Assembly: GCA_030390025.1 (NCBI GenBank)
Contig: JASTWF010000034.1
Location: 3,968,001 to 4,032,000 of the forward strand
Length of the DNA: 64,000 nt
DNA from: Squalus acanthias
Lineage: Eukaryota
Direction of reading: 5' to 3'
The notes under the pieces are model-generated. The model worked only from the letters and a program-made list of their open reading frames with translations. It was not told where the DNA came from and searched no databases. Positions within the stretch are counted from its first letter, which is position 1. Every line of letters starts with the position of its first letter. Position numbers and translations under genes: made by a program. Below are positions 63,888 through 64,000 of this stretch, piece after piece.

Positions 63888-64000
63888 TTGATATACCCCA
63901 CACCCCTCACTGTAACACTGATATACCCCACACCCCTCACTGTAACACTGATGTACCCCACACCCTCACTGTAACACTGATATACCCCACACCCCTCACT
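63888..64000. repeat. 30-bp minisatellite of a second family (degenerate paralog at 14822-14903)
   Basis: CTGATATACCCCACACCCCTCACTGTAACA tandem, running off the end of the window. Confidence 0.92.

Larger units (their letters stand above)
47213..64000 (+). repeat. Segmental duplication of 85-14905
   Basis: Collinear order of PEX5 exon, minisatellite, LINEs, cassettes, satellite and L2. Confidence 0.97.

Overview
Repeat-saturated eukaryotic (vertebrate) DNA. The LINE, Penelope and satellite families suggest a cartilaginous fish such as a shark; this is inference, not a database result. No intact protein-coding gene is supported, and the very long ORFs are artefacts of a 30-bp minisatellite. 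The window is a mosaic of segmental duplications: 1-14.9 kb recurs at 47.2-64 kb, 16.6-27.0 kb recurs at 32.9-43.9 kb, and 27.0-32.0 kb is a third copy of parts of the first block. It contains decayed CR1, L2 and RTE LINEs, a 5'-truncated Penelope-like element (intact GIY-YIG domain, inverted pLTR, two minimal hammerhead ribozymes), a 742-bp MITE with an empty site in the paralogous block, and at least six tandem-repeat families. Between the repeats, all on the minus strand, lie gene fragments: (i) three partial copies of an unprocessed PEX5 pseudogene, four consecutive exons in total; (ii) a promoter + exon 1 + exon 2 cassette of an unidentified gene in six copies plus a partial seventh; (iii) an orphan 135-nt exon in two copies whose splice donor has been amplified into a 31-bp minisatellite; (iv) a CpG-island first exon that reads in frame once the Penelope insertion is removed.
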